Assembly (NCBI GenBank): GCA_050575255.1
Contig: JBNZDD010013687.1
Span: forward strand, 1,805,487 to 1,869,486
From: Harriotta raleighana
Taxonomy: Eukaryota
Direction: 5' to 3'
DNA: 64,000 bases
Below the pieces are notes generated by a model. That model saw nothing but the letters and a program-made list of their open reading frames with translations. It searched no databases and was not told the origin of the DNA. Each line of letters starts with the position of its first letter. Within the stretch, counting starts at the first letter, position 1. A program made the position numbers and the translations under genes. This document shows positions 21,901 through 34,000 of this stretch, one piece after another.

Positions 21901-24489
21901 AAGGAAAAATGAAGGACAACTAAGTGTAAACGTATACCCGTAACCCTTTATAAAGATAATTGAAGTGGTTTTACGCTAAAATTAATCCAAACAGGATGTT
22001 TCATTTATTTTACTGAAAATAACACAAACTACTTGAGCCCTTTTATTTTAGAAAATATATAATATTTAGTATTAAGGATATACCCGGTTATGTTTTAAGA
22101 AGACAAGGCCCAACCAGGGCTCACGGGATTAATTGAGAAAGGCATAGGTAACTCAGTGGATGTAATACAAGTATTATAAATCCCATTATAAACTCTCACT
22201 GCCAAGGTCTGCAAATTTAGAGGCCAGTGGAGAAAGCATTGTTTTAATTTGCCAAGACCAGTCAAGTTACTGAAGACATGGGAATAACCCCTTCAGTCTC
22301 TTCTTGGCCTGGTTTAAAATGCATTTTTTCAACACGATTATTTACCTTGGAATAAATCGCTAACAGATGCACAGCAAATTCCCAAACTAGACACTCTTCT
22401 CTCATCCCAGCACCTAAATGAAGGGGCAAGCGTAGCATAACTCTGAATTGCTCAGTCTTCAACCCAATTTCCTTTTATGCGAATCAAACTGCTCTGTGAG
22501 GCGATAGGGACTTTTCACCCTTGCTGGGCTGGAGACCCTAGATATGGTTTGGTGGTATTTGGATTTGCACTGTGTAATCTGTGGCATAGATGAAACAGCT
22601 CTAATGTGCAGATCAGTTTCATCTGTGCCAAGGAGCTTGGTTAATGCCATTAGCGCATTAACGCAAAGGTTATAAAGGAAGCTTGAGCGTGAGTGTCAAC
22701 TTTCACACCAAAAAAAATCAAGTACTTTGAAGCCATTACTTGAGCAAAGACGTTTGTGCACTGATTTCATACTGGCTCTTAGATTATGCATGGTGTACAC
22801 CAGCTACTTGATACCTCGATGAGCTCAACGTCTCTAGCATTCAGGTGAATAAACCGGCAAGTTAGAGGTGTTTGAGTTGCATTTTAGATAGAATTCATTA
22901 CACTTGCAAAACTGTGGAGGGAAAAAAGCTACCTAATGATCCCAAAATGCAACAATGACAATGCAAAATGTAATAATTCAGTACATGGAAGGTTTCTCAA
23001 GGCTAAGTCGAATGAATTGCCCTTTAGTAAAACTGAGTTCTGTAGCTGACAGAGGTTTGTAATATCTGGTCATTACGCTGACAAAAATAACACCAATTAC
23101 AGTACATTGCTTCCATCTCTTTGACAATATCTGACAAGAAATTTGTGTGATGCATGATGACTGCTGGCAAGATCAATCTAGCAATAGCTTTATGATAGCT
23201 GAATAATAACTTGGCAAAAGCTTAACAATGTTCAGTTGGGTATAGCCGCAATAAAAGTACTGTAGTGCATCATCAATAATACTTGTGTTTTTGAACTGAC
23301 ACAATTGAAACGCACTCAATGTTACTTTGCACAATAGTGTCATGTGTGATTTTGCTGCAGATGTAGTTTTAATATATCGAGGAACTCTAACACTTCCCCA
23401 GTGGTCTGCCCAGCCAAGGAGAGATTTCCATCGTAAATGAATGAACCTTATTTGGAAATGAGTCTTGGGGATTGGTATAAACTTTCAAGATTAAAAAAAA
23501 GGTCCTATTGATAGGATCACAGGAACTATCAGTCATTTGTCAACATGTTAAATGCTTTATTATTGTCTGGGGATAAAGGAAGGAAGACGAGAATAAAGCT
23601 TACCATTTATACCCATGTAAACAATGCCTTATTAATAATTGTCCTTAAATATCTCTGCTCATTACATTTTAATACAGTTGGATTGATTGCAGCTGAAATA
23701 TTTTTTGTTGCTAGCTTTTATTCTTAACTCATTTTAGCTCCCAAGTTAGCAGCATACGTCAACATGTTTCTCAGCAGTTATAACCTATACATGGCTGTGT
23801 TTTTTATTTTCATTGTGTTTTATGTGTTGATTTTTTTTCCCTTAGTTTAAAGTTCATTTTCTCTGTGTCTCCTTGCTCCAATCCTTATTCTTCACAGAAA
23901 TGTAGGCAGCCTTTGTTCCAGGCCTATGCCTATTGGCATTATATAACCATCTGTTGAGAAGATGGCCAACAGTAAGTGATATAACTCCTTCAATGTATTG
24001 CCTGTCGTTGTGGTGACATTCTCAGCTTCTATTTGCTACTTCCCAATGGTTGTGTGACTGAGATTAATTTGTTCAGAATATGGCTCTATTTGTGGCGGCT
24101 TCAATATGTTATCCCACCACATCACCCATCTCGTTCAATCCTTTCAAAGTTGCTTCTTAACCAACCTCATGATGCGTAGGAAGGGTATTTTAATCCTAAT
24201 CAGTCTTCATTTGTTCAGAGCAGAAAAAAATCATTCACCACAGAAATATGGAAGTGAAATTCCTTTGGACCTAGAATTCAACCCTTGTCAAGAGTCCAAC
24301 CTAGCATTGCACGGTGGGACTCTGGTAATGTATATTTTTAAATGAGATGTATCTTCAGCTCTGTATGAAATATGCATGTTCAAATATCCACAGAGAAACT
24401 GTGCATCAGTCTACATAATGCTGTCAAAGGCTGATCAGAAACACATGTTAACGCCTTACTCAAAGCATTCTTATACAGGTTGATTTGAT

Positions 24490-24900
24490 CTTTCTGACCG
24501 AAAAGCATCAGGTGTCAGGGTGACGTCCCAAGGATCTGATCTGATGCATTGTTTGTGGCCAGCAAAGGCTTTTGAAGCCCCGTTCTATGATCCAGGATTT
24601 AAACACTAGATGTTCTTCTACGCGTCAGCAATTTCAATCTGCGGTGAGTAATGTGGCAGAACAAATAGTTTAAAGGTGAAGGGTTAAAGTAATGAGTCAA
24701 AAGGCAATACGTTTTTGTTCTGAGAAAAGTCCAAATGTTTGTCATGAAGACTTTTAGAAACTGAATTTGCATGAAATATTGTGAAATATTATTTTACATA
24801 AAGCTGTGGTTGGTGCATTGGAATCCTGCAGAGTTCAAAGACGGCAGCTCGGTCCGTAAAAAAACAGCTGGCGAGCAAGTGTTGGGGGCATTGCTCTCTT
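24490..24900. promoter_or_regulatory. Candidate enhancer
   Basis: T-box AGGTGTCA (24510), CRE-like TGACGTC (24521), SOX CATTGT (24547) and AP-1 TGAGTCA (24693), with retained CpGs. Confidence 0.33.
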
Positions 24901-25446
24901 TCACATTTTTGTGTTAAATTTAAAACATATTTTGCTACTGTAACTTAAGAGAATTAGTTTGTAACTTGCCCTAGAGCGATCAGCAGAGACACTGCAGGTC
25001 AGGCAAGGGACTGCAGCAGAAATGATGAAAACATGCCGTAGCTGTTCGAGATTGTTTCTCATGCAACATTTCATTTCCGACAGCTTCTTTATCGTGGAAA
25101 TTCCAGGAAAATCAAGGAATTGCATTGTGGACCAGTAACAAGGCTTGTTTTACTCGTGTTAGTAATTTTATAAAATAGATTGTTGAAATTGACTTTATTC
25201 CCTTTTTATACCGATACGTGGTTCACAGCACCTTTTATTGCATTCTTTTGTTGAATGTCACTGGTGATATATTTTCCTTATTATTCAGCCCAAAGTCTCA
25301 GACTGTGCTTTACATTTGATCAAGTTTCCCCTCTATTTCTTTGGTCATTATCGAATGATGAGATTGTCCAGTCTTCCAAGTGTTTCCATTTTCTCTTTAT
25401 GCAGCCAGAAGACTTTGTGTTTAGGACCCACATAGGGACTCACATT

Positions 25447-25600
25447 GTCTATGCTGACACTCCATGCAATAATGGGAGTGTGCTACACCGTTGGAATTGC
25501 CATCCTTTCGTTGAGATGGCCGAGGTCCAGTTCAGATGGAGTTTCCTCTGCTGTCCTATCCAGCAATTTCCCCAAATAAAATTGGTTAATTCAGACAGAC
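25447..25600 (+). mobile_element. Decayed Deu-domain fragment
   Basis: ctatgctgacactccatgcaataatgggagtgtgctacaccgttggaattgccatcctttcgttgagatg parallels 41663-41735. Confidence 0.65.
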
Positions 25601-28600
25601 AATTCATTAGTCTACAATGTGTGCATCTTGCCACCTTCCTAGAATGAAGGTGAATTAACTCACTACCACCATAAGCGTGAAGTTTCATTCAATACATCTT
25701 ACAATCTAGTTAGACCTGAGATTGGGTAAGACATGCACAAAACCAGAGATGATTGCAATTATGTTACTGCTTATTGCACGTGATGTCCAATCGCTTCACC
25801 ACCAGCGTCATTGTCCCGTGGAAACATTACCTTGAACCAGCACCAACCATAGTGAGTCTGGCAGATTTTGTCTTTAGAAGTGGTTTCGTTCAGTTTTTGA
25901 AAACAAACTACACGTAATTCAATCCCCAGTTCCAACACAAATGATATTCATTGTTCAAAACCAGAAAAACCTATAAAAAGCAGCAACATAAAATTGACCT
26001 TTGCATTATACAGCCAGCGTCATCAGTCCCTTAACAGTTTCACACCACTGCTTACCACAGACGATGAATTAATCTACTGTTACCACTGTCTATGTTGTTT
26101 CACCAGTGTATCATATAAATTTACACGGCCTTAACCAATGTAGACCACAGTAAAACTGCACGCACATTCTTAAAGTAATAACCTTAAAAAAAAGTTAACG
26201 TATAAGCAGGTATGAGTTGGAAATAAATCGATTGAAAAAATTGAGTATTTATACCTTAAAATATTTTTGAAGTTTCACATACAATACTCTAATACTTCTA
26301 AGGTTGCAGCCTTTAACCTCTTGATGACTCAATGATATCTTCAGTTCTGAGAAATAAATAACTCCAATGCTCAATTCTGCTCAGTATAATTGAGCTTGGT
26401 GTGAAGTGCACATGTGGAGCGAGTTGTAAATTCAATTGTCACTCACTTTCAGCATTATCGTCACCCTTATCCAAACATAATCTTGATTCTGAGATGTTGC
26501 TTTGGTAAACAAGTTACATGTTTATAGGGGATTCAGCTATATTTTCAAGAGCTATGCGACAGAACATCCTGGATGTTAATTTTGTGGTGCTCACATTTTG
26601 TGACAGTCCTCATGAGGCTCAAGTGCAGTTTTATTCAGTACTGTACTTTGTTTAAATGCAGTGGTATAATGGGGTTAGCTGAATCCTTGATACTAGTAAG
26701 GAAGGTCCCCATTTGTTACCATATCGTGTTGTTCCTGCTCTGAACATGGCTGTAGGCCAGTATAAATTTTGAGATTGTAATTATATTTACATTATTGCTC
26801 TAATTAAATCAGGTAACGTGGTAAAACAGCTTGCTTGTAATCCTATAATACTTCACAATTTTACCTCCAAATGTCCCACTGCACTGCCATTCAATAAAGG
26901 ACAAAGCAAAGTAAAGGTTGTGTAAAAAAATGTTCTCCCCTGTTTTATTTGCAGCCTATTAACAACTGTTACTGGAGGTTTAATTATACCCCCGTGATCT
27001 GGAGATACAGCAGATTTCTGTCATTTTCTCCTCTGGGAATGGTTCATAGTTACCAGCATCCATTATCCCTGCCTGTAAGCTGATGCTTTTTTATTACCAG
27101 TGCAATAATCACTGCATCTTTGGGAACATCTGTTCTGTGTGCTATGTGTGGAGATCCCAGTGCCTGTCAGCTACTGGCTTTATATGATGACCCCATGCCC
27201 TCTTGCTCAGTTTACAGCTAATTTGTTTAGGAGAATTCTGCAGATCTGCCTACACACTATCACTGCCGGAGTGCAATTAATAGTTCAGATTTACAAACAA
27301 AGGGATTCTGCTTCTCTCTAAACTTCAGCACTTGTTTTGGTATGGGTGACTTCACTGAATTGCCCTGCAACGAATATTCACAGCAGATGGATCTGTAAAC
27401 CAGTAAAATGTTATCCAGGCAGCCTTCCGGCAGCAGTAGTGCTCCCTGCCACCATTTAGAAAATAACAGGCATATAGTATTTGAGGGCAGGCTTTTTTTT
27501 TGTTTGGCAGATGTAACCATTGTATTTCTATTCTGGGTTTTACAGATTATTTGGGGGAGCAAAAGTCATTGTCTGGGAAAGCATAAACCACACCGTTTTA
27601 TTTATTGTCGTAATGGTCCCGCCACGGATTAAAATATTGCCGTAACTTTTCCAACAAAAAGACAATCATTGGAACAGCACCTTCAAGTAAATGAGATGTG
27701 AAATCTCTTTTTATGATTAATTTCTTGTCACCTTGCTGTTCGCTTTCTATTTTGTCAGCTGTGACATTCCTGATCAAGGATTACAGTTTGTTAAATAGAG
27801 GTATAAATATGCAAAATATGTATATGCAGTATATGTTTGCCAGTGTAAAATTTAAGTACCCATCTACTTTCGCTGACACAAAGTCATTTACTACATTTCA
27901 TTAATGTTGTGGTTGTAAACTATGCTTTAGAGTGGAGCTAATCCTAACCTTTGTGCACTGCACGTGACAAAAAGGCCCATTTATTTTGTCTTGCATTGAA
28001 GGTAATTCTTACAACGTGAACAACACAAATATCTGAATATCATCCTTATTTATTCTACCTGACCAGAGTAGCTACAAGCGATATAGAACCAATCAGGGCT
28101 GCCTATACCACAAAGAGGGGTGTGAAGGTGCAGTCAGTGGGTCGCTCTGTTGACCATTTTTAAACACGTCTTTGCAGCAGTTCCATTGCAGGAAAGTAAT
28201 GTAATTATAAATAACCTTTCAAAAATTTAATACTCAATTGCGTTGTCTGCGATTTTATGACTTTGGTCATAAAACCTAATCCTGTGCCATAACCTATATT
28301 AAACATTTACATAAAAGATTGTCTTAGAATGTGTAAAGCCTTTTTCACATCTATTTATGGCAGGTTTATTGCCCATGTCTATTATTTGAATTTGACGCAT
28401 TATATAGTTTGGAGAGCATATTGTTTTTCTTTATTAACTAAATGGCACTAACCGAGAAAAAAAATCAAAATCAGTGTCAAATTGATGCAAGCATTTTTTT
28501 TAAACAAAAAAAGTACATCAATCATGTTTCATCTATTTTACTAAATGTCAGTCAGAAGAGGAATACATGTTAAAGACCATTTTATGGCTCGAGATTTACC

Positions 28601-29521
28601 TTTAGGGATTATTAAACCAAAACAACTCTAGCTGATACATTCAAAATCACTTACTCTCTGAAAATGATTAAGAAGACTGAGCGAACGATGTGGAGGAATA
28701 CATTAATCTTGTGAAGCAGTGGAATGCAGTCATACCGAAACAAATCTCTGACTGATAGAGCTGAATCAGTGTATCCCTGGAATCACTCAGGCTAACCTCT
28801 ATTGAAGTTTTTAAATTTGCTCCAGATTATAGTCGGCTGTATTCACAAGTCAGAAACTGAGTAATCAATACAAGGGTCATCTAGGGCATCAGCAACTAGT
28901 CTTAGTCTAATCTGCCGAAACCATTGACCTTAGTGTAATTTTGTGATCTTTTATAAATTAATAGTGCATGCTCATACTGTCATGTGGCTATGATATAATA
29001 CAGTTGGTGGTAAAATGCTGATCTCTCTCACTGAATATAAAACAAAGTCTCACTGAACTGAATTGTAATCAGATGTAAGTCGATTGTGATTAAAAAATAT
29101 TGTATGAAAGTTGGCCATTTGGCTCATTGAGCCAGTGGCTTCAAATGGATCAAATACAACTCCGTTATCAAAGAATTTTCGATTTATTTAATCTCTTGAA
29201 GAAAATTTATATCCAGAGATAAAACTTCTCAGGAGAGAAATCTCTTGAGAAATTTCTCTTTAACTACCAGTATAATGAAGTGAAACTCCTATATATCAAT
29301 TGAGCATTGCCATTGAGAGGGTTGAACATGTGCCAATCGCTAAAACGTCTGAACTTTCTGTTGCTTGTTTGTTCTCAGATTTCTGACTGAAAGTTCTGTA
29401 TATTTCATGACCTGAACAGCTCAGTATATAGTATTTAAATAGAGGCATGAAATAACTATGCAAATACCTACAAAATACCTAAATGATTCTGAGTTATAGT
29501 CTGCAAATCCTGTTAATTAGA

Positions 29522-29622
29522 TATTCAGTCAACTCACTTTGCGGTGTATTCTGTGATGTGCTTTGAAACATCTAGAAGACATGGTAAGGCGTTATATCAA
29601 ATGCGAGGATTATTATTATTAT
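29522..29622 (+). mobile_element. SINE 3' tail fragment
   Basis: cagtcaactcactttgcggtgtattctgtga...gcgttatatcaaatgcgaggattattattatt. Confidence 0.82.
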
Positions 29623-30734
29623 TTATTTTTGCTTTCTTGTTTTATCAGTAATGTGTTTATTTTCTGGATTCTTGGATTAAGGCTACCTGGTTTTCTGAGT
29701 TGTTCCATTTCCCTTTTCTTTCCTAATGTTGACACTCCCAATTTCATGGTTTGTCCACGTATGAAGTCTGCATTACAAAGTCCAGCAGATTTATTTGCTG
29801 GCTGACTTTGTTTTTTGACTGCTACAATTCAAAGCCACATTTTGTCTTCAGTTCAAATTCCAGACGGAATTGCTGCCCAGGCCTTGAACAAATTACATGC
29901 AGGTTTTGTTCACCGTCTTTCACAACTGGAGGCAGTTTGCATTTCAGATTACACTATAAGGATTTCACCATTACACCACACACCGTTCACATCTGTAATT
30001 TACCAACCAGTGGAATTAAGGCCCCCACGATTTTATGCTTTGCGCATTGTTTAATTGCAGTAGCGGCTTATAAATGGTGCTGCAAGCAGTTTGAATCTGT
30101 ATTCTCTTTGGTGATTGTGTCACTATCCGAATACAATGTTTCACCCAGGTCATTCTCATAAAAATAATCAACTGTGTCCTGTTCTATGACCTGAGGTTAT
30201 ATCGTGCTCATGGCACTGAAAGCAGACCCTTTACAAAACACATAGCTGCTTTGCATTATCCCAACATTAGCAAGAATGATGCATAAAATTAGAAGTCTAA
30301 ACATTAGCAGAGAGTCAGCACAGAAAATCTAACATTAAAAAAATTTCCTGTTAAAGACGCTTTTTTCCAGCGAATACATGGAACGTAATACAGTATCATG
30401 TGAAATGGGGCAAAAATGCTACTACAGCTGGGTTCATCACAAATACCCTTTTTAAAGTTGACTATTGGAGTCGATCTGTGTCTAAGAGTCATTTAATTGT
30501 ATATGATTGGTACAACACTGCTGACTGGATGAGGAATCTATACCAGTTAAATGGCTTTGTTGGCAGTGTTTGCCTTTAAAGCTGCCTCCTCCTCCCTTTT
30601 GTGGCTCGTCTTATTTCATTTTTAGGTTCACATCTGGGTCTTTGCTACTTTATGATGGCTTCTCGTACCTCAACGCACAAGCTGTGCAACACCAGAGCTG
30701 TTCATCACTACTGCGTTCTAATAATGTATTGTGT

Positions 30735-31135
30735 TTCTTTGATGTAGCTTTTTATCACATCAAAACATTTCAAAGCACTTTACACAATTGGTCACTTTCT
30801 TTGAAGTGTAGTGGCTGTTATTATGTCAGCAAATCCCAATCAGTGCCATCAACATCCCACAAACAGCAATGAGATGAACAACCAATTGATTTGTTTTTTT
30901 GGGTGAATATCAATGAAGGAGGGATATCAGCCAGAACACAAGGAGAAAACCCTGCTCTTTTTCAAAACAGTGCCATTGGATCTTTCGACGTCGAACAGAG
31001 CAAAAGGACTGACCTCACTTTAACTTCTCATCCAAATGGCACACCTCCAGAAAAACAGCAATGTCTCAGTGCCTGCATTACAGTGTAGGTTACTTTAAAA
31101 CATTGAACAGGACTCAAACTTATAGTCGTCTGATC
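30735..31135 (-). mobile_element. DeuSINE-type element
   Basis: Reverse-complement Deu motifs ggagaaaaccctgctctttttcaaaacagtgccattggatcttt and ctcatccaaatggcacacctcc, with tail caaagcactttaca. Confidence 0.78.
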
Positions 31136-33774
31136 CGGTTATTGGGATAACTGCAATCCCTTGGTTAAACCGCTCTTCTGCCGTGCTTAGTTTGATGTTC
31201 ACTGATGTAATTTTGGGGTAAATATTTTATGCTTTTGCACCCTTACCCAACATGCCAAACTGTGCCTGTCCTGTCCAGTCCATTAGTAAAACTGAATTGA
31301 AATGAGCAACATCACTACATGCCTTATTTCGAAGAAATTATCAACTGGTTTTGTTTGATCTTGTTTCTTGCAGTGCAAATTGTTCCAATATTAAGTAGGA
31401 ATTGACAACCAGGCTGTTTTGAAGTGCAGTTGCTGCTCATGGGAACAGCTGTATTAGTAACTGACTGAGTCTGTAATGATTTATTTTTATAGTCGAACCC
31501 CTTGTAGCCCAGGATCACGTGTAGCCCACTCGGGGTGTGCTCCCTGAGAAAATGCAGTCCCTCTCACTTCAAAACACTGGCTAACTTTTCACATGCAAAA
31601 TAAATGGCTGACTGCCACAGTGTCAAAAGGTTAGCTGGCTTTTTTGCATGCAAAAAATAGCTGATGTCCAGGTTATCAGGTAACCATTGACTGTTTCCTG
31701 TGCATTGGGGTATGAGGAATGTGCAGGAAGTGACATTATGGTGGTGATCTGATAGATCTAGAAGTTGGGGGTCCATTGTTTCGCATGCAAAAAGCAGCCT
31801 AACATTTTGAAACAAAAGCGTTGACCGATAATTATTACAATATATTATAATATCGACAGTTGCAATATTCCAGATGCCCAACTGTCACATTGTTATGGAC
31901 TCTGATGTAACCAGAAGCCATTTGCATTAAAAGTCACAAATTAGTTTATACTGTACAACAGTACGTACTTCGGTGACAATTACATCTTGATCACCATAGA
32001 CTTTGTGATGCAATGGCTGTATGTGCCTCAGATGTATATTCATGGAAAGATTATAAATTCCTGGGTGTTATACATTTATAAACATAAGCTTCCAATGTCA
32101 CCAAGTCCTGTGTGACTGACTTTCAGCATTATACATTACACAAGGTAGTGAATTTCCCTGAATTTCAATCTAAAAACGTGGCAATGCAATAGGCCTTTTG
32201 TCACAAGGTCAATAGTTCTTCAGTTCCTCGTAATGGAAAGGACATCAAAATTGTGATTTTAAAAATGTTAGGAAAAAAACCTCATAACCTTAATATGTTT
32301 CATAATTATAAATTATGATACATACCCCTCAGTAAATCAAAGACAATAACTGAATTTTAGAGTTTGGATGAAGAATGGAATCCAGTTTTGCATCTTAGAT
32401 CATTTGTTTAGCTTGATTGAATTATTACATTGTAATTCACTTAGAGATGCCCATTATCCTCTATGTAACTCATTGCCACCTATTAACAGATACAGATAAT
32501 ACATTGACTTGAAAAGTGGATTTGAAGGGATTTCTAATTGTGGCCAATAATCCATTGCGAAAGGGGACGCACCAAACAACATGCCTCAGTTGTGCTCGTT
32601 TATAAATCCAGCTTCATTCAAGGGAGGAAGGCAGCAGAGTTAAAATCCCACGACAATAAATTCCTTATGATTTACAAATAGAAAAGCAAACATGGTGTAT
32701 AGACGTGTAATCACATGGCATGTACACACAGTATTCAAAAAAAGTAAAACCTTCAGTACGACTCATTTAAAATCCCACAAGTCCCGTGATTTGTGTATGC
32801 ATTTGGTTTTCCTACTTTCAAACGTAAATAAACCACAATGTATAACGACTTGTGTGCAATTTACTTTTTATTTAAATAAACAAGTAAATATACTGTAGTT
32901 CAATTGATGCTTATCTTGCGGCCGGCTGATTGAGCCTAACTTAAGTCTTTCTGTTGCCTTTGCTTTCATTGCTAAATATCTTTGTTTATGGTTGGTTGCA
33001 ATTGTAGCTATTTCTGATATTTATAGGTCAGCCATGCCCCACTAGAGGTTATACTAAATAAACAGACATGGAGCAGCCAGGAAGGAGTGGGTTACCAATG
33101 CTTAAAGTTTAATTTTCCTTGATTAATCACCATCACTATTCAAACTGACTTTCTGTGTATATACTCAGAGCTCCAGCAGCCTTAAACATGATTGAACCAT
33201 GCCAGCCATGACAGGGCCTCTAGCCTTTATGCCACTGCCTCTGACTTTCTGTTTGTATTGGGCTTATTAAGGTTTGATCTGCTGCCACATTAAATGTCTC
33301 CGATACCTTAATATAGGCAAGAATTTTGCTTGTGGTCAAATCAAACCAGTCAAGTGCATAATTCGCAGATGCACATCATGCAGCTGTATTCTGGAGGTTT
33401 ATATTCAATGCCAGCGTGTGTGTGAGCAAAAGAAAAAGCGGGAATACGAACAAGTAGGGGAAATGGATTTAACTTTGTGAATGCCAATGGTTAGATAATA
33501 GCATATCAGATTACATGGTTTTCCAACACACTGACTGAATAGACTCTGTGAGTCTCCAAATTCCCATCATAAATAACATGGGGAATGGAAATGTGGAATG
33601 TTTACAATATCCCCCAATTTTAATGGCCCTCCTTGTATTGAAACAATTATTTAGAAAATGAGAAGTTATATGAGGTAAAAGGGCATATAGCGTTCAGAGA
33701 AAAATCGCTGTAAACGCTGTTCATTGTTGAGGGAATGAAGAGTGTAGGGAGTATTCTGCACAACAGGCAGCAGA

Positions 33775-34000
33775 GAAACAAAGCATATGAGCTTCAGTAA
33801 TATAGTTTGTACAGTGAACAACACAAAATGCTTAACAAATATGATGGCAGGAGGGGGAGAATTGAGAGACACCAAGCAGAGTAAACAATTTAAGGATATT
33901 GCCCCCAAAATACTGTGATGGTATTGTGCTTTTAGAAATATTTTGAAGGCAAGAAGGAAAGAAGTGAAATGTAGAGATTCTGGAGGGAAAACCAGAATAT
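33775..34000 (-). mobile_element. L2 LINE 3' end
   Basis: ORF 33666-34052(-) contains FPPESLHFTSFLLAFKIFLKAQYHHSILG, resembling the L2 ORF end (WNSLP..LR...SL..FK..LKT.LF..AF). It is followed by a tgttaagcatttt... tail. Confidence 0.55.

Noticed and set aside
25255-25647. 130-aa ORF
   Set aside because: Overlaps a Deu-domain SINE remnant, with no coding signature.
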